A DNA stretch of 58,632 nt from Octopus sinensis (lineage: Eukaryota): positions 1 to 58,632 of the forward strand of contig NW_021833607.1 of the NCBI RefSeq assembly GCF_006345805.1. The letters run 5' to 3'. Below, in pieces: positions 25,054 to 38,292 of the stretch. Made by a program: the position numbers and the translations under genes. Numbering within the stretch: position 1 is the first letter of the stretch; each line of letters begins with the position of its first letter. The notes beneath the pieces are model-generated. The model was not told the origin of the DNA. It saw only the letters and a list, made by a program, of their open reading frames with translations, and did no database searches.

Positions 25054-25279
25054 CTTTATTGCCCACAAGGGGCTTAAACATAGAGGGGACAAACAAGGAC
25101 AGACAAAGGGATTAAGTCGATTACATCGACCCCAGTGTGAAACTGGTACTTTTATTTATCGACCCCGAAAGGATGAAAGGCAAAGTCGACCCTAGCGGAG
25201 TTTGAACTCAGAACGTAACGACAGACGAAAAACCGCTAAGCATTCCTCCCGGCGCGCTAACGTGTCTGCCAGCTCGCCT
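25051..25279 (-). mobile_element. SINE family B monomer
   Basis: Complete head-to-tail reverse copy of the 12440 unit, embedded in (TA)n. Confidence 0.9.
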
Positions 25280-25316
25280 ATATATATATATATAATATTA
25301 TATTATATATTATATA

Positions 25317-25399
<83 letters not shown>

Positions 25400-25819
25400 A
25401 AAAAAATAAAAATAAAATAAAAAAATAAAAATAAAAATAAAAAATAAATAAAATAAATAATAGTAATAAAAAATATATATATTATATATATATATATTAA
25501 AATTCATAAGTTTAATTTATTAATTTAAATCATTTTTTAAATTTTAACTTAATTTAAATATTTTAGTTTGGATTATATATTTTATATTTTATATATATTT
25601 TTTTAATTAATTTTATTTCTATGTATTGGCTTATGATTTCACTTTGATTGCCTAATAGTGGTTTTATCTCTAATTAATATAATATATATTATACTATAAA
25701 ATTAGATTAATCCTAAATCTAATTTTTCCCTGTAAGTTGGATTTACTCCCTAATATTATTATTATTATATTATTATTATTATATATAATATATATATATA
25801 TAATATATATATATATCTA

Positions 25820-25981
25820 GGCGTAGGAGTGGCTGTGTGGTAAGTAGCTTGCTTACCAAACCACATGGTTCCGGGTTCAGTCCCACTGCGTGGCACCCGG
25901 CAAATGTCTTCTACTATAGCCTTGAGCCAACCAAAGCCTTGTGAGTGGATTTGGTAGACGGAAACTGAAAGAAGCCCGTCG

Positions 25982-26027
<46 letters not shown>

Positions 26028-26220
26028 GTTGTGTCTGTGTTTGTCTCCCCAACATCGCTTGACAACCGATGTTGGTGTGTTTACGTCCCCGTAACTTAGC
26101 GGTTCTGCAAAAGAGACCGATAGAATAAGTACTAGGCTTACAAAGAATAAGTCCTGGGGTCGATTTGCTCGACTAAAGGCATGACTGAAACAAGTAAAAG
26201 AATAAAAGAGTAAAAGAATA
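25820..26220 (+). mobile_element. SINE family A, near full length
   Basis: Same head, core and tail as the 17801 copy. Confidence 0.92.
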
Positions 26221-26720
26221 TGTATATATATATATATATATAAACTATTAAGGTGGTTATTTGCAATTTACAGCCGAAAGGCAATAAGTACAGTCGTCAC
26301 TAAAGTGATTGAGGGTGCTTGTCAGTACCAGCTTTGCTAGAAATAAGTGTGAAAACAATTCTTTTGCGCGTCAGAGTAGTTTTCTAACAACTGACAAAGG
26401 AAACAAGCTCCCTAAGGCAAGCAAGATGGAGTCATATCGTCGATCACTTTTGATTTGATTAATCTTCGTCAGTGACCCATTGCTCTGTCACCGAGGGTTA
26501 AAAACTTAATTGTCTTTGTTTTATAGAGAACACCATAGGAAACATTTAAATTAATATTATTTGCTATATTAAATCTTCTCGCCACCATCTGGGATTCATC
26601 ATATTTTAAGTAACATTTACTATCCCAATGGGGTTGCTAAAATTGATTGGCTTTTTACGGTATTAATTTTTCAGTTAAACAAAAATTGCTTAAGTAGTTT
26701 TATGTATACGCATAATATAT

Positions 26721-27304
26721 ACTTTTCTATTCTAGTCACAAGGTCCGAAATTTTTGGTGAGGGGGTAGGGGGCAGTTGATTAGATCGAATCCATTACGCA
26801 ACTGGTACCTAATTTATCGACTCCGAAAGGATGAAAAGCAAGGTTGACCTCGGCAGAATTTGAACTTAGAATGTAAAGACAGACGAAATACTTATTTCTT
26901 TACTGCCCACAAGGAGCTACACACAGAGGAAACAAACAAGTACAGACAAACGGATTAAGTCGATTATATCGACCCCAGTGCGTAACTGGTACTTATTTAA
27001 TCGACCTCGAAAGGATAAAAGGCAAAGTCGACCTCGGCGGAATTTGAACTCAGAACGTAACGGCAGACGAAATACCTATGTCTTTACTACCCGCAAGGCG
27101 CCAAACACTGAGAGGACAAACAAGGACAGACAAACGGATTAAGTCGATTACATCGACCTCAGTGCGTAACTGGTACTTAATTTATCGACTCCGAAAAGGA
27201 TGAAAAGATGAAAAGCAAAGTTGACCTCGGTGGAATTTGAACTCAGAACGTAACGGCAAACGAAATACCGCTAAGCATTTCGTTTCTGCCAGCTTGCCGC
27301 CTTC
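26721..27304 (-). mobile_element. SINE family B trimer with 15-bp TSD and a different terminal tail
   Basis: Head at 27304 and three gaatttgaac(t)cagaa units. TSD atacgcataatatat at 26706-26720 and 27305-27319. Confidence 0.9.
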
Positions 27305-27324
27305 ATACGCATAATATATTGACA

Positions 27325-28090
<766 letters not shown>

Positions 28091-29002
28091 ATAAAAAATG
28101 AAGGTAAGAAAATCACTCACACATATATATTAGTGTTTACATAATATGTACACACACACACGCATACACAAATGCATACATATATACACATACATACATA
28201 AATGCATACATATATACACATACATTCATACATATATACATGTAACTGGCACAACATATGTTTGGAATTCCACTCTGCCACGTATCTCATTTTCAATAAA
28301 TTTTAATTAATTAAAATTCTGAGGTTGTCTTCATCTGCTTTTTGACCAGCAGGAACCACTTAGAGAATTACAATAGTAATTTCTAAGTAATTTTAGAAAT
28401 TATTTCCTGCCCTAATGTATCAATTAGGCTAGCGCCCATTTTAGTGTAATCGATGGAAGCTAGTTAGAGTAGCCACTTAGGGATGAAACTTTTTAGATAA
28501 CAATAATTGATTGATAACATTATGGAAAGGAATAAAGAGTTTGAACAACGACTACTAGTGATAACAATAACCGGTTGATAATATCATCCATAACCACAAA
28601 TCACTGGTTTCTGCCACAAGGCTTCATTTCCACACACGCCAGCTTAATTCAATTCGTCCCTAGTCGAAAGACACCTGTGGTTATGTCTTGTTATTACTAT
28701 TATTTTTATTGTATTTGTATTTGTGTAAAATAGTCTGTTTTTTCTGTCCTTGTTTTTGTATACATTCGCTGCTTTCTTCCAAGGAATCTAATACTCTTAG
28801 CTTAGTTTTTCCTTGGGGCTGGCCAGATTGGAGCAATCTCAAATATAATCAGCCGAAATTGCGAGGGTAATCTGGTGCTTGACTGAGAAAAGAAAACTTC
28901 GAATGACCCGTCCTTGTTTCCTTGTATCATCTATCTGGATGTTTTGTTGTCCCATTTTTGTATCACCTAGCTGTCCGGATGTTTTACGTTCTTGTCCCAT
29001 TT

Positions 29003-29004
<2 letters not shown>

Positions 29005-29060
<56 letters not shown>

Positions 29061-29100
29061 CATACATACATATATATAGCAGCGTACATACACTTGGTCT

Positions 29101-29145
<45 letters not shown>

Positions 29146-29193
29146 TATATATATGTATATATATATATGTATATATATATGTATATATATATG

Positions 29194-29249
<56 letters not shown>

Positions 29250-29275
29250 GTATATATATATGTATATATATATGT

Positions 29276-29313
<38 letters not shown>

Positions 29314-29333
29314 TATATATGTATATATATATG

Positions 29334-29366
<33 letters not shown>

Positions 29367-29512
29367 GTATATATATATATGTATATAAATATATGTATAT
29401 ATATATATGTAATATATATATGTATATATATATATGTATATTATATATATATATAATATATATATATATATATAATAATATGTATATATATATATATATA
29501 TACGTATATATA

Positions 29513-29548
<36 letters not shown>

Positions 29549-29550
29549 TC

Positions 29551-29589
<39 letters not shown>

Positions 29590-29605
29590 GTGTGTGTGTA
29601 TGTAG
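29005..29605. repeat. (TA)n/(TATG)n/(TATC)n block
   Basis: Directly visible. Confidence 0.97.
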
Positions 29606-29717
29606 TATGTATATAGTAACTAACTGAAGAAAAGAGTTCCTTCAAAAGGTGTGTTAAACTGCCAATTCACTGGTACGTCAGTTGAATACCATATATATAT
29701 GGGTATAATGCAATTAC

Positions 29718-29874
29718 AAAGATAAATTAAATAGAGAAATACTATTGACACTCTAATGATTTATATATATATTATGTTATAACATATTCATAGTATATTA
29801 TGTAATATTGTAATATTATAATATAAATAAATTATTTGATTGTCAATAGTATCTCTCTATTTAATTTATCTTTA
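29718..29874. repeat. 33-bp inverted repeat around an AT-rich spacer (MITE-like)
   Basis: aaagataaattaaatagagaaatactattgaca (29718-29750) versus its reverse complement at 29842-29874, one mismatch. Confidence 0.8.
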
Positions 29875-30659
29875 TATATATTAATAATACAGGGTAAAAA
29901 TCATCAATGATTTTACCAAGGGGTCAGCGCGGAATTAAAAACCTTGTAGGTAAATTTTACAAATATTTTAATAAGTATCATCAATAATATTAATACGCTA
30001 ACTTTTTGTTTTTGTACGTAAGTGTTGTGTGCGTCTCACTTACTTCAAAGAAGTGGCAAAACGAGAGAGAGGAGAACAGAGAGGAAGTAAGAGAGAAAGA
30101 GAGAGAGTGTAAAAGAGTCAGTGAGTGGTGATGGCGTTTGTTTTGTGTTTTTAAATACTTATCACATCGCAAGAGAAGTAGATACATAGATATATACACA
30201 CGTTGTTAAATCAAAAGCCGGTGAGAAGAGGGACACAAAAGAAGTGAAAGAGAAAGAGAGAAAGTGAGAGAGACAGTAGATACATAAATCCAAAGAAAAG
30301 TTCATATACAGATACATAGACGCAGCAAATATTGGCTGTCAATTTCACTTTTCATTACTAAACGGGGATAAAATTAACTTATAAATGGCTGAGTAGTCCA
30401 CAGACATGCATAACATTAACGTAAGTTTCAGGGAGATTCAGCCTCACACAGAATATGGCAAGGCAGGCCCCTTTGAATTACAGCTACAACTCGAGACATA
30501 TATATATGAACGTATTTTTGTGTGTGTATAGTTAAAACATGTTTGCAATAATAAGTGTCGTGTGGTGGAAATAAACGTAATTACCAAATTTTCATCCATA
30601 AATCCATTTATTATATCATTCTTTTGCATTTCAATTGGTACATTTGTACTCAGAAATTT

Positions 30660-30892
30660 TCAACAACTGCATGCCAGACGAAATGGAAAAACGAGAAATT
30701 TTATTTCCTAAAAATTCTGACTGTCTTGCAATGAATGAAAAAGTTCTTAATATTATACCAGAAGCACTTAAATCGTACTTAAGCACAGATTCAGTGTCCT
30801 GCAATAATGAAGAGCTGGTTTATAACTATCCATTTGAATTCATAAACTCACTCACTCCATCCGGTATGCCTCCTCATCGCCTCAACCAATTG
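30660..30892 (+). pseudogene. Helitron PIF1-like helicase fragment, cut by a SINE
   Basis: REILFPKNSDCLAMNEKVL...SYLSTDSV...YPFEFINSLTPSGMPPHRL matches the Helitron helicase segment (ILxPxN...YPxEFLNSLxPSGLPPHxL). Confidence 0.85.
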
Positions 30893-31236
30893 ACTCCGGG
30901 TTCAGCCTCACTGCGTGATACTTTGTTTTTTTTCTATATTGTTTTCTTCTGTAGCCTTTGGATCAACCAAAGCTTTATGAGTAGATTTGGTAGACGGAAA
31001 CTGAAAAAAAAAATATATATACATGCATGCGTGTGTATCTTTGTGTTTGTCGCCCATCATGGCAAGACAACCGGTGTTGGTGTGTTTACGTGACCGTTAC
31101 GGTTTGGTTCAGAAAAAAGAGAGTGATTAAATAATTACCAGGCTTAAAAAAAGGACCGGAGTCGATTCGTTCAACTAAAATTCTTCAAGGCGGTGCCCCA
31201 GTATGGCTGCAATCTAATGACTGAAAGAAGTAAATG
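30893..31236 (+). mobile_element. SINE family A, 5'-truncated and degenerate
   Basis: ccgggttcagcctcactgcgtg ... ggtagacggaaactgaaa ... gactgaaagaagtaaa. Confidence 0.85.
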
Positions 31237-31400
31237 ATATATATATATATATATATATATAGTTCAATAAATGGTGGGGTTGTGTTGACCGCACGTGGAG
31301 AAATGATAAGTAACGAAAATTTTTTTTAAAAATGCAGAATGCTCAAATGAAAGAAAATTTTAATAAAATGAGAAATTGATAAAATATATAAATATATATT

Positions 31401-31441
31401 TATTCAACCGGTTTTCGTCATTGTATGACTTGTCAAGAATA
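31401..31441 (-). ncRNA. Candidate minimal hammerhead, U3-A8 variant (inverted-arm copy)
   Basis: Exact reverse complement of 33832-33872. Confidence 0.7.
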
Positions 31442-32295
31442 TTTATGTTTTAAAAAGTTTTATTAAAAATTAGAAAGGGGAAAAAAAAGAAAATTGCATT
31501 GTTTTTTGTAAAAGAATAATGATAAAAATGTACAAAAATTTAAAAATAAGTTCTCCGATACATTGTGAGTTCGTTGTGTATCTTGAGTTTTATGGTTGTT
31601 TACGAAAAAATTACCTTGAGGTGTTAAGATCCAAAGGGATTAAGAGCATGTGTTGTGTTGTTAAATTCAGCATGTTTGCAGGACAGGAAGTAGTAGTAAT
31701 TGTGGTCCTGGTTCTTCAGTTCCTGTGTTGTGAGTAAGGGGAGACAACTCTTTTGAGTTCTTCAATAAAACCCAAATTATAAAATTATCATTTTAGCTTC
31801 ATTTGCGTTATCTTTTTTATATAATTGCTTGTTAACTTAACTTTCAGATTTTAACACTTTATTTATATTATTTTCTAATTATATAAATCTGCATAGACAA
31901 TTGCATTTCAAATTGTCATATCATTTATAATAAAAATGATAGTAATAACAACAATAGTAAAAATGATATTTAAAGAATATAAGTTTTAGCTTGAAGTGAT
32001 GAATGCATGGTATCTTTATATATTTGTGTTAGTCCATCCATGAAGAGTGAGGTAGAGAAAGGAAGTTTGATCAACGAGGAGTTTGCATATTAAGTTGTGT
32101 TTGGAATTTTTCAATAAAGAGATTCTCCTTGTTAATTCTCTCCTGTGTGGTGATCCCGTCTTTACATTGGTAGAAGGGGAATATATAGAATTTGGGGTTT
32201 AAGTCTTTAGCACATGAGTCTAAGTGGTCACTCAGTGGAATTTGTCGGTATTCCGGGAGATTTATTTGTTCTTTATGCACCGTTACTCGTTTACG

Positions 32296-33202
32296 AAATC
32301 ATAACAGACATCTACCACAAACCTACAGACTCACAACAATACCTCCTCTTTAGTTCATGCCACCCAAAACACACCAAGACAAATATCCCTTTCAATTTAG
32401 CTAAAAGGGTATGCACCATTGTCTCGGATCCAAAAACACGAGAAATACGCCTTCAAGACCTCAAAAAAACACTATTACAACGTCAATATCCCTCCACCCT
32501 TATAGAGTATGGAATAAAACGCGCCAAAGAACTAGACAACACTACACTGAAAACCACCCAACCTAACACCACACACAACCTCAAAATACTTCCATACATT
32601 TCCACCCACAACCCCAAAAATATCGAAGCATACACCACAATCATACAAAACCTCAGTCTACTGTCAACAGACCCAAAAATGAAAAACATTATAAATACAC
32701 ACAAAATCCTCAAATGCAAAAGGCAACACAAATCTTTAAAAAAACTCTTGACAAATGCCAAACTTCACACACCACATCCACCCCAACAGTAAAAAAATGT
32801 GCACGCTCAAACTGTGGTACCTGCCCCTTTCTACTTGAAGGCTCTGAATTTACCTTCAAACAAGGTACGAAGTTTAAAATCAAGTCTAACTTCTCCTGTT
32901 CCTCCGAGAACCTTATCTACGTTCTCACATGCGCTGGTTGCCAACATAATTATGTTGGACAAACGAGTCTCCCGTTACGTAAACGAGTAACGGTGCATAA
33001 AGAACAAATAAATCTCCCGGAATACCGACAAATTCCACTGAGTGACCACTTAGACTCATGTGCTAAAGACTTAAACCCCAAATTCTATATATTCCCCTTC
33101 TACCAATGTAAAGACGGGATCACCACACAGGAGAGAATTAACAAGGAGAATCTCTTTATTGACAAATTCCAAACACAACTTAATATGCAAACTCCTCGTT
33201 GA
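32296..33202 (+). pseudogene. Penelope RT C-terminus plus GIY-YIG endonuclease, one frameshift near 32770
   Basis: TDIYHKPTDSQQYLLFSSCHPKHTK; then KCARSNCGTC...LIYVLTCAGCQHNYVGQT..LRKRVTVH...RINKE in the adjacent frame. Confidence 0.92.
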
Positions 33203-33831
33203 TCAAACTTCCTTTCTCTACCTCACTCTTCATGGATGGACTAACACAAATATATAAAGATACCATGCATTCATCACTTCAAGCTAAAACTTATATTCTT
33301 TAAATATCATTTCTACTATTGTTGTTATTACTATCATTTTTATTATAAATGATATGACAATTTGAAATGCAATTGTCTATGCAGATTTATATAATTAGAA
33401 AATAATATAAATAAAGTGTTAAAATCTGAAAGTTAAGTTAACAAGCAATTATATAAAAAAGATAACGCAAATGAAGCTAAAATGATAATTTTATAATTTT
33501 GGTTTTATTGAAGAACTCAAAAGAGTTGTCTCCCCTTACTCACAACACAGGAACTGAAGAACCAGGACCACAATTACTACTACTTCCTGTCCTGCAAACA
33601 TGCTGAATTTAACAACACAACACATGCTCTTAATCCCTTTGGATCTTAACACCTCAAGGTAATTTTTTCGTAAACAACCATAAAACTCAAGATACACAAC
33701 GAACTCACAATGTATCGGAGAACTTATTTTTAAATTTTTGTACATTTTTATCATTATTCTTTTACAAAAAACAATGCAATTTTCTTTTTTTTCCCCTTTC
33801 TAATTTTTAAAAAAACTTTTTAAAACATAAA

Positions 33832-33872
33832 TATTCTTGACAAGTCATACAATGACGAAAACCGGTTGAATA
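33832..33872 (+). ncRNA. Candidate minimal hammerhead, U3-A8 variant, in the Penelope 3' region
   Basis: tattc-TTGACAA-gtcat/aca/atgac-GAAA-accgg-TT-gaata: 5-bp stem I, 5-bp stem II, palindromic accggt stem III. Confidence 0.72.
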
Positions 33873-33960
33873 AATATATATTTATATATTTTATCAATTT
33901 CTCATTTTATTAAAATTTTCTTTCATTTGAGCATTCTGCATTTTAAAAAAAATTTTTCCT

Positions 33961-33998
<38 letters not shown>

Positions 33999-34038
33999 TA
34001 TTATATATATATATATTATATATATATATATATATATA

Positions 34039-35298
34039 CAGGGGTTGGACAAAATAATGGAAACACCTTAAAATTTCAAACAAATTTATTTTAATATGGA
34101 GTAAGACCGCCTTTGGTAGTAATTACAACTTGAATTCTACGAGGTATGGAGTCGTACAAAGTTTGATATGTTTGAAAGGAATTTTTGTCCATTCTTCAGC
34201 TAAAACAGTTTCCAGTTCTTGTAGTGATGATGGTGCAGGATATTGATTTCTTACTTGTTTTTATAAAATGCACCATAAATGTTCAATAATATTGAGATCT
34301 GGCCAGATTAAATGTTCAAATTCACTAGAATGTTCCTCGTGCCATTCAGTAACAACTTTAGCTGTGTGAATTGGTTCATTATCATCCTGAAAGATTGCGT
34401 TTCCCTCCGGAAACATTTCCGCAACCATAGGATGAATTTGATTAGATAAAATACTTAAATAGTCTTGACTATTAATTGTGCCATGAAGGGAAAACCATTG
34501 GACCGGTGGATTTCCATGATACAGACCCCCAGATCATCACAGATCCTCCTCCATATTTAGCAGTTGGAAGAAGGGAGTCTGGGCCAAGTGCTTCTTTTGG
34601 CTGTCTCCACACGTATATTCAGCCGGTGTTCGGAAATAATGTAAAGGATGACTCGTCCGAGAAAATAACATTCTCCCACTGCTCTAGGGACCAATTCTGT
34701 AGATTTTTACTCCACACTAAATACTTTGCAACATTTGTTTTTGAAAGTAGTGGTTCCCTGATTGCAGTCTGCCCGTGAAATCCGGCTCTGTACAGCTCCC
34801 GGAGAAGAGTTTTTATGGAAATTGGGTTCTCGAGGTGGTCATTAAGCTCTGCAGTAATTTTGGGAGCTGTACTTTCGTTATCTTTTCTAACAATTCACGT
34901 AAGAGTCCGACGGTCCCTATCTGAATGTTTTGGTTTTCTTTCGGAGTTTTGTTTCGACGAGGGGGTTTTACCCTCTTTATCAAAGGCTGTCATTACTTTC
35001 GAGACTGCACTTCTTGATACACCAAACACTTCGGCTGTTTACGTTACACTGACGCCTGCCATACGAGTACCAACAATTTGACCTCTTTGAAAGCCGGATA
35101 GATCTGTTATTTTAATGAATTTTAATTACCTTTTTCTGATGATATCTGAAAAGAAACAGCAATTTTAGCAAAACATATTAAGCAACATAATAATACATCA
35201 AAACGACAAAAAATAAACAAGATTTTGACTGTTTTATAGATATTTCAAAATTATGATACTATGATAATAGTTGTTTCCATTATTTTGTCCAACCCCTG
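34039..35298 (-). mobile_element. Full-length Tc1-family DNA transposon (1260 bp)
   Basis: 27-bp perfect TIRs caggggttggacaaaataatggaaaca with TA on both sides. Confidence 0.95.
34091..35110 (-). pseudogene. Tc1 (DD34E-type) transposase pseudogene
   Basis: Start codon mutated to ATA (TDLSGFQRGQIVG). FSDES, QDDNEPIH, WP-DLNIIEH (deletion in WPxxSPDLN), KGGLTPY*. Internal stops and frameshifts. Confidence 0.92.
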
Positions 35299-35309
35299 TA
35301 TACATATAC

Positions 35310-35557
35310 ACTTTATTAATAAAGCTACAAAAACTGTTATTCAGAGTTTCACGTTCCCGCTCGTCGGAGAGTTTGGGTTGAAAATTTCAATCAAAACTGG
35401 ATTCTCAACCAAAACTGTCCGACGAACGGGAACGTGAAACTCTGAGTAACAGTGTTTTTGTGATGCTTTTCCAGCTTTACTAATAAAGCATATTACTCTA
35501 TCTCCAGTATTCGAGTACTATTCGAGTACTTTGTTTCACATTTATATGATTACTCTG

Positions 35558-35560
<3 letters not shown>
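35310..35560. mobile_element. Short inverted-repeat element (53-bp arms 35333-35385 / 35401-35453) with a hammerhead-like fold in each arm
   Basis: 5 mismatches in 53 bp, 15-nt spacer; flanks continue a weaker inverted similarity (taataaagc). Confidence 0.8.
35414..35453 (+). ncRNA. Candidate minimal hammerhead (C4 variant); decayed copy on minus strand at 35333-35372
   Basis: actgt-CCGACGA-acg/ggaa/cgt-GAAA-ctctgag-TA-acagt: perfect 5-bp stem I, actc/gagt stem III, GUA triplet. Confidence 0.72.
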
Positions 35561-35884
<324 letters not shown>

Positions 35885-37122
35885 ATTTATACATATACAT
35901 AGATATTGATAGCTACCCTGACTCATGTATGGTTAGCTTGTCTAATAAATAAAACATAGCGTCGTACTACACTTTGTACACACTATATACATCCCACAAA
36001 TGCGTTTGTAATATCTTTCTGCAATATCAACACACACACACACACACGCACATATTGACAGGCACGTACATGTACTCACACACACACACACACGGACTGC
36101 AGTGCTTGTTGCAACAATAATGCACACAGGCACACTCACGGATCTTCTTCACTGCAACGTTAATATAAGCATACAAACATATGATACACGCCGACACACA
36201 TACACACACACACTGCATGGCGTACCTCATTACAACATTAATACACAGACACACATACACACATGGTTTACACATACACGCACATACAGAATGATACCAT
36301 CCTGCTATAACATTAACACACCCATCCACATTACTGTACATTAACACCATCAGCAATCAGTGCATATATCGATTTGCACAGGTGACCTACTTTGCTTCAA
36401 TTTCCTCTCAAACAACATACTGTCCCTTTTACTTCATGTGTCTACTTAAATTGTCTCTCAAAAAACATAGTGTTTTTTTTTTATATATAAAATGTCTGCC
36501 TAAGTTGTCTCTTAATCTATACAATGACCCTTTTACATCATATCTCTAACTAAAATATCGCTCAAACAACATACTATCTTTTCTACCTTTAAACTGTTTA
36601 CTTAAATTATCTCTTAAATAGCTCGGCTGTCTTTTTTATCTCAACTGTCTACTTTGCTTCTGAAACAATAGACTGTCCCTTTTGCTTCAAACATCTACTT
36701 AAACTGTCCCTCAAAGTCTCCTTTTTTCCGCAAATACCTACCCTGTTTTTTTACAGACAACTTATCTCTTAAACGACATGGTGTCCCCACTCAGTTTATG
36801 TTTCCTCCTAAATTGCCTTGCAAACAAAGCAATGCTTCTTTTATTTCATCTACCTTGCCTCTCAAACAAAAGTGAGGTTTTTGCTTCCTTAATTGTATAC
36901 CTAAATGATCTCAAAAGCAACACAGTGTCTCTGTTTCCTCAAATGTCTACTTGAATTATCTCGTAAACAACAGTGTCCTCTTCACCTCAACTGTTTGACT
37001 GAATTATTTCTCCAGCAACTGTATCTCTTTTGTTTCGACTGTCGATTTGAATTGTTTGAAAATAGAAAAAAAAAGTACAATTTCCATTTTGTCCAAATGT
37101 CTAACAAAATCGCCTTTCAGGC

Positions 37123-37391
37123 AAAACAATATCTCAGCTGCAGCGTGGAAGGTGTTTGTAAGCCATTTAAGAAACACACAAAAGCCGTTCGATTCACTTC
37201 AGCATTTAAGTTTAATTTGTCAAAATATTTTCGTCGCTTTAAGACCGCGACCTGTTCACTGACAAAAATCCGTGCTGTCTTAAAGCGACGAAAATATTTT
37301 GACAAATTAAACTTAAATGTTGAAGTGAATCGAACGGCTTTTGTGTGTTTCTTAAATGGCTTACAAACACCTTCCACGCTGCAATTGTTTT
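37123..37391. mobile_element. Palindromic element with 107-bp arms (37139-37245 / 37277-37383)
   Basis: One mismatch between arms, 31-bp spacer; outer aaaacaat/attgtttt extends the symmetry past an 8-bp insertion. Confidence 0.92.
37219..37263 (-). ncRNA. Candidate minimal hammerhead, G3-C8 variant
   Basis: Minus strand: gtca-GTGAACA-g-gtcgc/ggtcttaaa/gcgac-GAAA-atat-TT-tgac; palindromic AATATT stem III. Confidence 0.68.
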
Positions 37392-37689
37392 CGTTTCAGT
37401 ACACGATCTCACATCAAATCACTTGCTATGCAAGTACATCTCCGTAATATCTCAACTGTCTGCTTAAACTGTCTCACAAAAAATAGTCTCCTTTCCTCAA
37501 CTGTCTTTGAAGCTGTACAGTGTTTCTCTTTCTGTTATTTACGTAAATTAGTTCTCCCTCGAACAAAATGGTGTATTTTTCAACACCGACTGCCTTCGTA
37601 CAATTCTCTCTTTCTTTTCGAGCCTTCGGACTCATAAAGTCGGTTACCCAGTCTTCATGGTATATACAAGTGATCTATATCATGACGCG

Positions 37690-37885
37690 TTCGAGGCCAG
37701 CAATTTTGAAGGGATGGAACAAATCTAATACAACGACCCAGTACTTGATTGATACTTTATTTTATCGATTATAGATGAATGAAAGGCAAAGTTGACCTTG
37801 GAGGGGTTTGAACTCAGAACTTAAAAATTCAAAAGAAATGCTGTATGGCATTTTGTCCGACTCGCTGACGATTCTACCAGCTCAT
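37690..37885 (-). mobile_element. Degenerate SINE family B
   Basis: gaaaggcaaagttgacctt...tttgaactcagaac motifs. Confidence 0.7.
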
Positions 37886-38292
37886 TGCTTTCCTAGTGCA
37901 GTTGTCAAATCCAAATTGTCACGAGTTAACAAGGAGGCCTTTACTTAGTTGAACGATTTGGTTGATATAGCAGCCAAATCTCTCTTAAATAACACTTTCC
38001 TGTCTAAGAACTATCTAAAAACAGGCACATTGATAATTTGTCCAATTTATACGGAGAATGATTGTGTGTGTGTGTGTGTGTGAGTGTATGTGTGCGTATA
38101 TGTGTTCGTCCTTGTGGTTGTATTCGTCCTTCCACGCTGTTGTGGACATATGTGTATGTGTGTATATGCAAATGTATATATGTATGTATGTAGGTATGTA
38201 TGTATGATATGTATGTATGTATGCATGTATGTATGTATGTATGTATGTATGTATGTATGCATGTATGTATGTATCTATCTATTTATATATAT

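Larger units (their letters stand above)
31261..33964 (+). mobile_element. Penelope-like element, 5'-truncated, with an inverted copy of its 3' end
   Basis: Arms 31309-32295 and 32978-33964 (987 bp) are near-perfect reverse complements; RT-thumb plus GIY-YIG coding region lies between and within them. Confidence 0.93.
36380..37550 (+). repeat. Degenerate ~50-bp minisatellite, interrupted at ~37040-37440
   Basis: Recurrent caaacaaca..tgtc / tgtctacttaaa.tgtctctc motifs. Confidence 0.7.

Noticed and set aside
28878-29662. Hammerhead-like remnants ctgagaaaagaaaacttcgaat (~28882) and ctgaagaaaagagttccttcaaaa (~29634)
   Set aside because: The first lacks N7 and A15.1 and the second lacks G12, so neither is supportable without a family consensus.
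31519-31737. Identical 72-aa ORFs at 31519 (+) and 33536 (-)
   Set aside because: Antisense readings of the Penelope 3' region, duplicated by the inverted arm; no recognisable protein.
36905-37447. 180-aa ORF with a mirror ORF on the other strand
   Set aside because: Product of the palindrome plus minisatellite, not a gene.
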